DNA of 52,560 bases from Flavobacteriaceae bacterium UBA7433 (GCA_002477565.1 DLQL01000104.1:1-52560); one strand, 5' to 3'. Counted from the first letter of the stretch, positions 39,001 through 47,769 are shown. The notes: generated from the letters alone by a model not told the origin. Translations and numbers: made by a program.

Positions 39001-39501
39001 TCTGTGGTTTTTCCATCAGTAGACAATGCCATAGGAGATTTTGATTTTGGTTTTGGTTCGGAAGATGCGGTGCGCCTGTTTGATGACAAGGGAGTTTTGA
39101 TAGATGAAGTATTCTATACGTCCCAAGCTCCATGGCCCGAATGTGCTGACGGTTTGGGACCTACATTGTTACTAGAAAGTGATGATTTGGACAATGCTTT
39201 GGCAGAGAGTTGGTTTTGTGGTGATGCTTATGGGACACCTGGGCTTGACAATGCCACAGCCAGCACCCCAGAAGACCCTGTAGAAGAAATAAAGTTGTAT
39301 CCCAACTTGATTACTGATTACTTGTATTTTGTGGGGCCTGCTTTGGAAATGAACATGCGGGTTTATGACGTGATGGGAAAACTGGTATTTGCTCAAAAAA
39401 CTGCAGCTCAAATGGAGGTTAGTTTCTTGAAAAAAGGCATCTATTTTGTGCAACTATCAGACAGTACACAATCCAAGACTTTTAGAATTGTAAAGCATTG
39501 A
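36025..39501 (+). CDS. T9SS-secreted CotH-family kinase-like protein with lamin-tail domains
   Basis: Signal peptide; LTD motifs (DEDGDTPDWFELYN, INEINY..DWVELYN); CotH core (YWGLYNLRE, DWPGNN, WRWILYDTDFGF); C-terminal IKLYPN..KKGIYFVQ..RIVKH sorting domain. Confidence 0.85.
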   Translation: MIFKKDVFRLLFLFTAVLSAQTVQISEAVSSNSTYTDEDGDTPDWFELYNTSSQSISLKDWTISDDPDNLSMFVFPNISIPSDGYLRVWASDKDRSEITSVRTFVDRGALFNYLIPTSEPPSNWTAPNFQDGSWAQGTSGFGYDDGDDATQVPTGTRSVYTRISFQVTDLEALTQLVLDMDYDDGFVAYINGNEVARANITGVPPAFDSGTFTDHEAKIYRGDVPERFSIANPQTVLQEGSNTLAIQVHNVSEWSSDMTLIPFLSAVFSRPNSSGTTPPNLLNFSNGSLHTNFKISSKSDQLLLSNPEGELVDDLLVEGLKQNVSMGISPQSGNLVYFLETTPGAPNSSEEYIGVFKDPVVFSVPGGRLNAPVNLELSGAGEGQKIHYTTDASLPTENSPIYTAPIRIANNQVVRAGFFATGYLPAEIDSKTYLFNANHEIDFVTLVTDPDNFFDADTGIYVTGPPGTFDTNIPYFGANFWEDWERPIHFSFYEKETGDLGVAFNTGVKIYGAWSRGQNAQRSLAVFARGKYGTSEFDYPFFEERSYDKFQALVLRNSGQAWLKSTIRDITLTSLMEGSGLDLQAYTPVATYLNGDYWGLYNLREKNNEHMLASKHEIDAEGIDLLTANAEVVEGTNQEYSALINYISSTNLSVDANFDYVRERIDIPNYTMYQVAQIYINNQDWPGNNIKFWKHPEGKWRWILYDTDFGFSPWFRPSNDYVANTLEFALEPYGPGWPNPAWSTLLFRKLIENTRFRNGFINRYADELNTRFLAENVKTHIESVLAKVAPELQAHYTRWNGNFDDVGYYVNLMKVFAQERPQFARSHLRSRFNLTAEHRLTINNTQQDRGYVEVNDNLKIDQASWFGTYFQNVPIRLHAIPLPGFVFSHWSGSDNTSEASIDVNLQNSFQIRPNFVPAETPLKLVINEINYKSSDQKDSGDWVELYNPNETALDLSNWVLKDMKDTNTFVLPAATTIPSKGFLVLVKNGNDFSVVFPSVDNAIGDFDFGFGSEDAVRLFDDKGVLIDEVFYTSQAPWPECADGLGPTLLLESDDLDNALAESWFCGDAYGTPGLDNATASTPEDPVEEIKLYPNLITDYLYFVGPALEMNMRVYDVMGKLVFAQKTAAQMEVSFLKKGIYFVQLSDSTQSKTFRIVKH

Positions 39502-39712
39502 TTTAAACTGTTTAAAAAAGGGATGAGTTCTTAGTTTTTTTCGTTCACGAACTGCTGCAAGTATCTAAAATTACATTTGTAAAAATCAAAGGCCTTTTTT
39601 GTCGAGCTGTTATAGCGGTATTTGTACTAGAGGATAAATAAATCGAAACCTCAAGAGCTTTTGATTGGGTTCAATACGTTGAATGTCTCTTATTAGAAAC
39701 ACTCTATAAGAC

Positions 39713-40129
39713 TCAGGAATGAGGTAGTTTTTCCTTCAGGACGCCGTACAAGAAGGTTCCTAAGAGGGCTGCTGCAATCACAATGGCAATGGAGTAAAAT
39801 CCTGCGCCCAAAAGGGCAAACATCGGTCCTGGGCATGCGCCGGCCAAAGCCCATCCCAATCCAAATAAAATGCCTCCGTAAAGGTAGCGCTTGACACTTT
39901 TTTCTTTTGGCTTGAATTCAATTTTTTCTCCGTAAAAAGAGTTGATTTTAAATCGCTTGATTGCCTGTGTTGTAAAAATCCCAAGGCAAAAAGCTGTTCC
40001 AATAATTCCGTACATGTGAAAGGATTCGAATCGAAACATCTCATAGACGCGAAACCATGAGGCGGCTTCCGATTTAAAAAGGGTGATTCCAAAAAAGATT
40101 CCAATGCTCAAGTAACTAAGTGTTCTCAT
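39713..40129 (-). CDS. YeeE/YedE-family sulfur-compound transporter subunit
   Basis: LFGLGWALAGACPGP motif, 4 TMs. Confidence 0.88.
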   Translation of the reverse strand: MRTLSYLSIGIFFGITLFKSEAASWFRVYEMFRFESFHMYGIIGTAFCLGIFTTQAIKRFKINSFYGEKIEFKPKEKSVKRYLYGGILFGLGWALAGACPGPMFALLGAGFYSIAIVIAAALLGTFLYGVLKEKLPHS

Positions 40130-40132
40130 AAT

Positions 40133-40690
40133 TTAAAAGATTAGTGGAAATAATAAATGAACCATGGTCAAACCGCCGATAAAAAAGCCAATTACGGCTA
40201 GTAAGGAAGGCAGTTGTAGGTCGCTCAATCCGGAGATGGCATGTCCAGAAGTACAGCCTCCAGCATACCGAGCTCCAAAGCCAACAAGCACTCCTCCAAC
40301 AACAAGCATCAAAAGGATTTTTGGGTTTTGAAAAGATTCGGAACCAAAAAGTTCTTCGGGCAAATACCCTGCTCCAGCACTTTTAAATCCCAGGTTGTTT
40401 AAATTTTCAATGGTTTTAGAGCTGATTGCTACAGCTGTATCAGTGCTTAAAAAATGGGCGCCGATAAATCCGCCAATCAAAACCCCTAGCGCAACCACCA
40501 AGTTCCAACGCTGTGCTTTCCAATCGAATTTAAAGAACTCTGAGGTGTTTCCTGCTCCGCATAGAGTACACAGGGTACGCAGGTTGCTAGACATCCCAAA
40601 ATTTTTACCGACCATTAGCAATAAAAATAAAGTAAGCGCAATAAAAGGGCCAGCGATGTACCAAGGCCAAGATTCGTATATCCAATTCAT
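40133..40690 (-). CDS. YeeE/YedE-family sulfur-compound transporter subunit
   Basis: GFGARYAGGCTSGHAISG motif; start reset to MNWIYESWPW. Confidence 0.9.
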   Translation of the reverse strand: MNWIYESWPWYIAGPFIALTLFLLLMVGKNFGMSSNLRTLCTLCGAGNTSEFFKFDWKAQRWNLVVALGVLIGGFIGAHFLSTDTAVAISSKTIENLNNLGFKSAGAGYLPEELFGSESFQNPKILLMLVVGGVLVGFGARYAGGCTSGHAISGLSDLQLPSLLAVIGFFIGGLTMVHLLFPLIF

Positions 40691-40788
40691 AAGAGAGGTT
40701 TTTTTTAAGGGAGTCACTGTGTAAAAGTATTGAAAATTCCTTATTTTATTGTAACGAGAATTAATTCCTCGCCTTCAATCGTTAGGTT

Positions 40789-42204
40789 TTAAGACGTTGA
40801 TTTTGAAGGGCATTGGTAATCTGAAAGCGATATACCAGTTTCTTTGATGGCTTTCATTCCTCCTGATACCTCAATAAAATTATGAATGCCTCTTCGCTTT
40901 AAAAAGGAAGCGGCGATCATGCTGCGGTAGCCTCCAGCACAGTGCAGGTAAAAGGTTTCTTTTTCAGGAAAGTCCTCTAAATGTTGGTTTAGGGCAGCCA
41001 ATGGGCTGTTGTTTGCTTGTAAGATATGCTCGGATAAAAATTCGCCTTTGGATCGAACGTCAAATACAGGTGCCCTGTTCTTTTTCAGAAGGGTTTTGAA
41101 ATCAGTGGCATCCATAGATGTGACTTTGTCAACTTCTTTACCCGCTTTTTTCCAAGCCTCAAAACCGCCTTTCAAATAGCCCAATGTGATGTCAAATCCG
41201 ACTCTTGAGAGTCGGGTAATTGCCTCTTGTTCTTTCCCTATTGGTGCAACTAGCAAAAGGGGTTGTTGTACATCGGCAATCAAAGCGCCTACCCAAGGGG
41301 CAAAACTTCCGTCCAATCCGACAAATACAGCCCCAGGAATGTGTCCTTTTCCGAAGTCTTGTTGGCTCCGAATGTCCAAGATAATAGCTTCAGTAGCGTT
41401 TGCAACCGCTTTAAAATCTTTAGCTGACAATGCACGTGTGCCGCGTTTTAAAACAGAAGCTATGGGGTCGCAACCTTCTTTGTTCATTTTGACATTCATA
41501 GGGAAATAAGCTGGGGGATCGGTCAATCCAACGGTAACTTCTTCTATAAATTCCTCTTGTCTCATGGAGGTGCGTAGTGCATAATTTGTCTTTTTTTGAT
41601 TGCCCAAGGTGTCGGTCGTTTTCTTGCTTAGGTTTTTTCCGCAAGCGGAACCGGCTCCGTGGGCTGGGTAGACCACCACCGTATCTGGCAATGGCATGAT
41701 TTTAGTGCGCAAGCTTTCGAACAACATTCCTGCCAAGTCCTTTTCGCTAAGGCCCCCTGTTTGTTGAGCCAAGTCAGGTCTGCCGACATCCCCTAAAAAT
41801 AAGGTGTCTCCACTAAAAAGTGCACGTTCCTTGCCATGTTCGTCTTTCAATAGGTAGCAAGTACTTTCCAGCGTATGCCCCGGAGTGTGCAGGACTTTGA
41901 GTATCACATTTCCCAAGGGAAATTCCTGCCCGTCTGTTGCGATCAGTGATTCGAAATGCGTTTCTGCATTGGGGCCAAAGACAATTGGAGCGCCTGTCGC
42001 TTTGGAAAGGCTGAGGTGTCCACTGACAAAATCTGCATGGAAATGGGTTTCAAAGATGTATTTGATTGTCGCCTTGTCCTCTTTTGCTTTTTCGAGGTAG
42101 GGTTGGACTTCTCGAAGGGGGTCGATGATCGCCACTTCGCCTTCACTTTCAATGTAATAGGCAGCTTGTGCCAAACAGCCGGTATAGATTTGTTCTATTT
42201 TCAT
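40789..42204 (-). CDS. MBL-fold persulfide-dioxygenase-like protein fused to two rhodanese domains
   Basis: ETHFHADFVSG, TPGHT, GDTLF.GDVGRPDL, PAHGAGSACG, HCAGGYRS; start reset to MKIEQIY. Confidence 0.9.
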   Translation of the reverse strand: MKIEQIYTGCLAQAAYYIESEGEVAIIDPLREVQPYLEKAKEDKATIKYIFETHFHADFVSGHLSLSKATGAPIVFGPNAETHFESLIATDGQEFPLGNVILKVLHTPGHTLESTCYLLKDEHGKERALFSGDTLFLGDVGRPDLAQQTGGLSEKDLAGMLFESLRTKIMPLPDTVVVYPAHGAGSACGKNLSKKTTDTLGNQKKTNYALRTSMRQEEFIEEVTVGLTDPPAYFPMNVKMNKEGCDPIASVLKRGTRALSAKDFKAVANATEAIILDIRSQQDFGKGHIPGAVFVGLDGSFAPWVGALIADVQQPLLLVAPIGKEQEAITRLSRVGFDITLGYLKGGFEAWKKAGKEVDKVTSMDATDFKTLLKKNRAPVFDVRSKGEFLSEHILQANNSPLAALNQHLEDFPEKETFYLHCAGGYRSMIAASFLKRRGIHNFIEVSGGMKAIKETGISLSDYQCPSKSTS

Positions 42205-42251
42205 ACACGAGACAATCTTTTGGAAAAGGTTTTTATTTTTCTTCTGTGTCG

Positions 42252-42295
42252 CAAAGATAAAAACACGAACGCTAGCTGGCAGTAACATTGGTTAC
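42252..42295 (-). promoter_or_regulatory. Promoter with putative Crp/Fnr box
   Basis: TATCTTTG -7 box (42259-42252) and palindrome GTAAC-N4-GTTAC (42282-42295). Confidence 0.7.
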
Positions 42296-42303
42296 AGAAC
42301 AGT

Positions 42304-42936
42304 TCATTTCTTTTTGAGGAGAATGTAGTTTCTGTGTAAGGTCAGTTCGTTGAGGTTTTCCAATTTCTTTAGCAGCCGAGAAACCACGACTCTGGAGGTG
42401 TGCAATTCAAAAGCGATTTCTTGGTGTGTCGTTCGAATGCGTTGGTCTTTGGCAATCCTCGCTTTTTCTTTTAGCAAATTCAGGAGGCGTTCGTCCATTT
42501 TTAAAAAAGCGATGTTGTCAATCGTTGCCAGCATTTCGTTCAGCCGATTGTGGTAACTTTTAAAGACAAATTTTCTCCAACTTTTGTACTTGGCAGCCCA
42601 TGTTTCCATTTTTTCAATGGGGACCATGACAAGTACCGTTTCCGTTTCTGTAAGGGCTCGAATTTCACTTTTGGTTTCTCCCACACAACAGGTTAAGGTC
42701 ATGGCACAGGTGCTTCCTTTTTCTACAAAATACAGCAATAGTTCGTCTCCTTGTTCGTCTTCACGCACTATTTTTATTGCGCCAGAGATCAGGAGCGGCA
42801 TCGCTTTGACATAGTCTCCGATATCCATCAGGACAACCCCTTCAGGGATGTGTTTTAAGGTTCCTACTTTGAGAATCTCATCGAGTAGGGCTTTTTCAAA
42901 AAGGGGGCCAAAATTCTCTTTTAATTCTTGTTGCAT
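42304..42936 (-). CDS. Crp/Fnr-family regulator
   Basis: cNMP-like domain plus HTH THQEIAFELHTSRVVVSRLLK; TACCTTTG box at 42979-42972; start reset to MQQEL. Confidence 0.92.
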   Translation of the reverse strand: MQQELKENFGPLFEKALLDEILKVGTLKHIPEGVVLMDIGDYVKAMPLLISGAIKIVREDEQGDELLLYFVEKGSTCAMTLTCCVGETKSEIRALTETETVLVMVPIEKMETWAAKYKSWRKFVFKSYHNRLNEMLATIDNIAFLKMDERLLNLLKEKARIAKDQRIRTTHQEIAFELHTSRVVVSRLLKKLENLNELTLHRNYILLKKK

Positions 42937-43096
42937 GGTGTTTGTCTCACGAGGGGTGTGTATGTTGAACTCAAAGGTAGGGAAAAGCGCTCCAAAAAAA
43001 ACGGCTTGCGCAAAATGCACAAACCGTATTTTTTTAATGGAGTGAGTGGGCCATGCCCTTTTTTTTACTCCATTAGTGTAGTTTGGGATTCCTTAT

Positions 43097-43672
43097 TTAG
43101 AATTCCAAGTTTACCTGCAAGTCGAATTCATCGTAAATGGCTTTGTCTTTCAATCCTTCAAAAAAGCTGGTAGAACCGTATTTGACATCGTATTTTGCGC
43201 GGTTTATTTTTAGAGTTGTTGTCGCATTGTGCTCGTTGACAGTAAGGTCAAAAAGAATGCTGTTTGTCTTTCCTTTGATGGTCAAATCGCCTTTGACGGT
43301 ATAGACGCCCTTGTCGCCTGCAGTTACGTTGGTAAAAACCAAGCGCGCAGTGGGGTTGTTTTCAACCCCGAAGAAATCGTCTGACTTCAAGTGGCCTTCT
43401 AGTTTCCCCTTGTAGACACCTTCCAAGTCGGTACATGCGATACTGTTCATGTCCATGACAAAGGCACCTCCTACGAGTTTGGAGTCTTCAAAAGACAAAG
43501 AGCCTGATTTCAATGCGATGGTTCCGGTATGGGAACCTGTGACTTTGTAGCCCTTCCAAGTAACACTACTCTTTGTGATGGAAACTTCTTTTTCGTCGCT
43601 GTTAATTTGTGGTGCAAAGCTTTGCAAGACCAAAGTGGCTGCGAGTGCCAATGTTGCTGTGATTTTTTTCAT
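43097..43672 (-). CDS. yceI: YceI-family lipid/polyisoprenoid-binding protein
   Basis: Signal peptide, WKGYKVTGSHTG, HLKSDDFF, GDLTIKG; start reset to MKKIT. Confidence 0.9.
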   Translation of the reverse strand: MKKITATLALAATLVLQSFAPQINSDEKEVSITKSSVTWKGYKVTGSHTGTIALKSGSLSFEDSKLVGGAFVMDMNSIACTDLEGVYKGKLEGHLKSDDFFGVENNPTARLVFTNVTAGDKGVYTVKGDLTIKGKTNSILFDLTVNEHNATTTLKINRAKYDVKYGSTSFFEGLKDKAIYDEFDLQVNLEF

Positions 43673-43720
43673 TTTGTTTGTTTTTAAGTGAGTGTATTTC
43701 GTTTTGTTTAAAGAACATTG

Positions 43721-43764
43721 CAAAGGTACCTATGGGAAAAGAGAGGTGCATTCACATAGGTTCA
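43721..43764 (-). promoter_or_regulatory. yceI promoter with putative Crp/Fnr box
   Basis: TACCTTTG (43728-43721) and TGAAC-CTAT-GTGAA (43764-43751) just after the crp stop codon. Confidence 0.6.
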
Positions 43765-43769
43765 TATTT

Positions 43770-44351
43770 TTAGGCTTTCCTTTCTTTTCGAATTCTACTG
43801 AGTGACTGGGGTTGAATACCGAGGTAGGAGGCAACCATGTATTGAGGGATGCGTTGTTCGAGTTGCGGGTAGCGTTTTTGAAAAGCAGTGTATTGCTCTT
43901 TTGCGGAAAGGCTAAAAGCATCTGTAATTCGGTTTTGGGTGGCGACGTAAGCACGTTCTACAATTTTTCTAAAGAAACGTTCTAATTTTGGAATTTTAAG
44001 GTATAGGTTTTCCATTGCGTCGAGCGGGATTTCTATCATTGAGGTGTTTTCAAGGCATTGAATGTTGTAAGCTGCAGGAGTTTGTGAAATCAAACTTCCG
44101 AGATCAGCAGCCCACCAATTTTCAATGCAAAATGTAAGAATGTGTTCCGTTCCTGCCTTGTCCAAGTAAAATGTTTTTGTGGCACCAGACAGAATGAAAT
44201 AGTATGTTTTGCAGATGTCTCCTTGGGACAAAAGCATGTCTCTTTTCCGGTATTTTTTAAAGTGTATTTTGGAAGTCAAGAATGAGCTTTCTTCGTCGGT
44301 TAGAGCAATGTGTTGCTTTATGTAGTCTGTCAAAGGTTTTGTTTCTGTCAT
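43770..44351 (-). CDS. Crp/Fnr-family regulator
   Basis: LSAKEQY..F..RYP.LEQRIPQYMVASYLGIQPQSLSRIR; TACCTTTG box at 44394-44387. Confidence 0.92.
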   Translation of the reverse strand: MTETKPLTDYIKQHIALTDEESSFLTSKIHFKKYRKRDMLLSQGDICKTYYFILSGATKTFYLDKAGTEHILTFCIENWWAADLGSLISQTPAAYNIQCLENTSMIEIPLDAMENLYLKIPKLERFFRKIVERAYVATQNRITDAFSLSAKEQYTAFQKRYPQLEQRIPQYMVASYLGIQPQSLSRIRKERKA

Positions 44352-44643
44352 CTTTTTTGGCGACAACCCAACAAGTGATGTCCTAACAAAGGTATTGAAA
44401 TCTTCATTGAATTCGGTCAGTTTGCCAAAAACTCATTTTCCTCACTAACTTTGACAGACGATTTTTAAGGAGTTTTCAAATTGAAGAAAACGAGGTTGCT
44501 GCAGTATTTGTAGTGACCAAAGCTTTGAGGGATTTTTGAAATAAGAAAGGGTTTTGTGGTCGGATTCTTATATCTTTTTTGATAAAAAAAAGTTAAACAT
44601 TTAGAGGCTAAAAGTAATACTGTTATATTTGCAATGATTCGTT

Positions 44644-44958
44644 ATGGAAAATTTAAGCGCACACATTCAAGTCATTGTTTCAGAGCCGTCAAAAGCCTTC
44701 CATTCCAAGGAGATTGATGTGGACAATGAAAAAGGATATGTCAAGGCTTACAAGTGCTTGGTGGAGTGCTTGAGCTCCTTTGCCTTGGAGTTCAATTCAA
44801 ATTTTGAATTTTTCCATGTCTTGGAATCCACAGTCATTGAGGGGGCTCACAACCAACGGTTTTTTTCTGCTCACCTTCCTTCTTTGACAAACGTTGAGAA
44901 AGGAGAAAATAACATCGTACGTTTTTACAAGAACTTTGTGTTAAAAACCATCCAATGA
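44644..44958 (+). CDS. Hypothetical protein
   Basis: TATATTTG box at 44624-44631; ATGA overlap with the next ORF. Confidence 0.55.
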   Translation: MENLSAHIQVIVSEPSKAFHSKEIDVDNEKGYVKAYKCLVECLSSFALEFNSNFEFFHVLESTVIEGAHNQRFFSAHLPSLTNVEKGENNIVRFYKNFVLKTIQ

Positions 44959-45284
44959 ATTTACAAAAAGCCCATCGTTCTTTCTTTTTAAAGCAACTCG
45001 CTATTGTTTTGTTGGCAGTCGTGTTGTTGCAACCTTTGGTCAATGCGGTTGTTCTTTTGTCAATAGAAAACTACGAATTGGAATTGGTACAGGCAGATGA
45101 TGAAACAACATCCAATGAAAATGAAAAACAAGAAAAGGATTCGGAAGAGAAACTCGAACTTCAGATGGCAGGTTCTTCCGATTCTCAATTCACTTTGCTA
45201 GTTGCACTGGCGTTCTACACTTCTGCAGAACAGGTTTGGGACTGTAGCATGGAAATTCCGATTCCTCCTCCTGAACCCTGTTAG
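44955..45284 (+). CDS. Small protein with N-terminal signal/TM helix, acidic linker and C-terminal IPIPPPEP; candidate leader/arrest peptide
   Basis: Sequence architecture and position directly upstream of SulP. Confidence 0.65.
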   Translation: MNLQKAHRSFFLKQLAIVLLAVVLLQPLVNAVVLLSIENYELELVQADDETTSNENEKQEKDSEEKLELQMAGSSDSQFTLLVALAFYTSAEQVWDCSMEIPIPPPEPC

Positions 45285-45411
45285 TTTGGAAGTAGTGTGC
45301 CAACTTTCTAGGTGGCCTTTTACTTCTCCAAAGAAAAGCTTAAAAATATATTTATTTACCGAGCAACGTTCCTTTTTTTACAAAAGCGTTCTTGCTCATT
45401 TTATTACAATT

Positions 45412-47004
45412 ATGAATACTTTGAATCCATTTAAAAATTTAAAAGCCGACTTTCCGGCAAGTATTGTTGTTTTTTTTGTCGCACTTCCCTTGTGTTTGGG
45501 AATAGCACTAGCCAGTGGAGCGCCCTTGTTTTCGGGTTTGATATCGGGGATCGTAGGAGGTGTCATCGTAGGAGCGCTCAGCGGTTCTTCTGTCGGTGTT
45601 AGTGGCCCCGCAGCAGGTTTGGCTGCAATCGTGTTGACAGCCATAGGTTCTTTAGGAGGCTATGAAAACTTTCTTCTAGCCGTGGTGCTCGGAGGGATCA
45701 TCCAACTGGTTTTCGGACTTTTAAAAGCGGGAGTGATTGCGTATTATTTTCCGTCTTCTGTGATCAAAGGCATGCTGACCGGAATCGGATTTATCATCAT
45801 TCTAAAGCAAATTCCACATTTTTTTGGTTACGACAATGATCCTGAAGGAGATTTTGCCTTCTTCCAACTGGATGGGGAAAACACGTTTTCAGAAATTTCA
45901 AACGCCTTTTCTTTTATCAGTCCAGGAGCTACGTTGATTGCGGCAATTGGCTTGGGAATTTTGTTGTTGTGGGACAAGGTTTTGTCAAAGAAAGGCAAGT
46001 TCTTTCAGGTTGTACAAGGCCCTCTAGTAGCTGTTGTTGCAGGGATTGTCTACTTTGTGGTTTCGGAAGGGAATGGTACTTGGGAGATTTCCAAAGAGCA
46101 TTTGGTCAGTGTGCCGGTGCCCAATGACACTGCTTCCTTTTTGGCTCAGTTTAGTTTTCCCAATTTTGGTGCCATTGCCCGTCCAGAAATTTGGGTGACT
46201 GCTTTTACCATTGCACTTGTTGCAAGTTTGGAGACCCTCCTTTGTGTGGAAGCGACAGACAAATTGGACCCGAGAAAAAGAGTGACGCCTACAAACAGAG
46301 AATTGCTTGCGCAAGGTACTGGAAATGTCGTTTCAGGATTGATTGGTGGATTGCCCATTACTCAGGTCATTGTCAGAAGTTCTGCCAACATCCAATCGGG
46401 AGGAAAGACAAAAATGGCCGCTATTTTACACGGGCTTTTGTTGCTGATATCCGTACTTCTTATTCCGAACTTTTTGAATAAAATTCCGCTGTCTGTATTG
46501 GCTTCTATTTTATTGATTGTTGGGTACAAGTTGGCCAAGCCCTCTTTGTTCAAAACAATGTATGCACTGGGTTGGAAACAGTCGGTTCCTTTTGTAGTTA
46601 CAGTTTTGGGGATTGTTTTTACGGATTTGTTGGTCGGTATCGGCCTCGGTCTTGCTGTTGGAATCGTGGTTATCCTCTTTAAGAGTTTCCAAAATTCCCA
46701 TTTCTTGCACATTGAGGATAAAAGCAATGGCAAGCAAAAAATCAAAATGACTTTGGCTGAAGAAGTAACCTTTTTCAACAAAGGAGCCATTCTCAAGGAG
46801 TTGGATCGTTTGCCAACAGAAACGCAACTCGAGTTGGACGTTCGAAAAACACGTTATTTAGACAACGATATCATCGAGATTCTCGAAGATTTTTCACTGA
46901 AAGCCCGCAACCGAAATATTGACATTCGATTGATTTCAGAAAGGGGCATTGCAGAAAATCCAGAAAGTTTTATACAGTTTTTCAAACTGAATCCAAAAGT
47001 TTGA
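45412..47004 (+). CDS. SulP/SLC26 anion (probably bicarbonate) transporter
   Basis: VALPLCLGIALASG, VSGPAAG, RELLAQG, IVRSSAN, degenerate STAS; start reset to MNTLNP. Confidence 0.94.
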   Translation: MNTLNPFKNLKADFPASIVVFFVALPLCLGIALASGAPLFSGLISGIVGGVIVGALSGSSVGVSGPAAGLAAIVLTAIGSLGGYENFLLAVVLGGIIQLVFGLLKAGVIAYYFPSSVIKGMLTGIGFIIILKQIPHFFGYDNDPEGDFAFFQLDGENTFSEISNAFSFISPGATLIAAIGLGILLLWDKVLSKKGKFFQVVQGPLVAVVAGIVYFVVSEGNGTWEISKEHLVSVPVPNDTASFLAQFSFPNFGAIARPEIWVTAFTIALVASLETLLCVEATDKLDPRKRVTPTNRELLAQGTGNVVSGLIGGLPITQVIVRSSANIQSGGKTKMAAILHGLLLLISVLLIPNFLNKIPLSVLASILLIVGYKLAKPSLFKTMYALGWKQSVPFVVTVLGIVFTDLLVGIGLGLAVGIVVILFKSFQNSHFLHIEDKSNGKQKIKMTLAEEVTFFNKGAILKELDRLPTETQLELDVRKTRYLDNDIIEILEDFSLKARNRNIDIRLISERGIAENPESFIQFFKLNPKV

Positions 47005-47042
47005 TGATCGAGATTAATTTACAAATTAAAAAAAACTAAAAA

Positions 47043-47675
47043 ATGATGAATGCACATACAAAAGAAACACAAGATCAAATGACTCCAGTTCTTTCGTTGG
47101 AGGTTTTAAAGAAAGGAAACGAAAGATTCAGAGCCAATCTGAAAGCGCCAAGAGATTTGATGCAGCAGGTGGCGGCAACTAGTACAGGGCAATATCCTTT
47201 TGCAACTGTATTGAGTTGCATTGATTCCCGAGTGTCTTCAGAACTTATTTTTGACCAAGGAATTGGGGATTTGTTTAGTGTTCGAATCGCCGGAAATTTT
47301 GTCAACGAAGATATTTTAGGGAGCATGGAATTTGCGTGCAAGTTGGCAGGAACGAAGCTTGTGGTTGTTTTAGGACATACAGCTTGTGGCGCCGTAAAAG
47401 GTGCTTGTGACCATGCGCGTTTGGGGAATCTGACTGCATTGATTAAAAAAATTGAACCGGCAGTCGCAGCTGTAAAGGAGCCAGAAGAGGACTCTTTGAG
47501 AAATTCCAGCAACCTCGACTTTGTCAATGATGTGGCCGTAAAAAATGTGTTGATGACCATCGATCAGATCCGTAGCGAAAGCCCTGTGTTGGCGGAGATG
47601 GAGAAGAATGGAGAGATTCATATCGTTGGAGGGATGTACAACATCGATTCAGGGGAGGTCAACTTTTTCGAATAA
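47043..47675 (+). CDS. Beta-class carbonic anhydrase
   Basis: Zn ligands in CIDSR and GHTACGA; GNERF, RIAGN. Confidence 0.96.
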   Translation: MMNAHTKETQDQMTPVLSLEVLKKGNERFRANLKAPRDLMQQVAATSTGQYPFATVLSCIDSRVSSELIFDQGIGDLFSVRIAGNFVNEDILGSMEFACKLAGTKLVVVLGHTACGAVKGACDHARLGNLTALIKKIEPAVAAVKEPEEDSLRNSSNLDFVNDVAVKNVLMTIDQIRSESPVLAEMEKNGEIHIVGGMYNIDSGEVNFFE

Positions 47676-47692
47676 TCAGCCAAATTCTTCTA

Positions 47693-47732
47693 AAAAACGA
47701 ACACTGCTTTTTTTGGAGCAGTGTTCGTTTTT
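47693..47732. terminator. Bidirectional intrinsic terminator
   Basis: AAAAACGAACACTGCT / AGCAGTGTTCGTTTTT. Confidence 0.9.
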
Positions 47733-47769
47733 ATAAGGGACTAAGTCTGTGCTTTGGTTTTTTTTATTG

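Noticed and set aside
43035-43075. Hairpin TAATGGAGT..GGGC-CAT-GCCC..ACTCCATTA between yceI and crp as a riboswitch or terminator
   Set aside because: The U-run is on the strand opposite the genes and no known RNA motif is recognisable; it may still stabilise the yceI 3' end.
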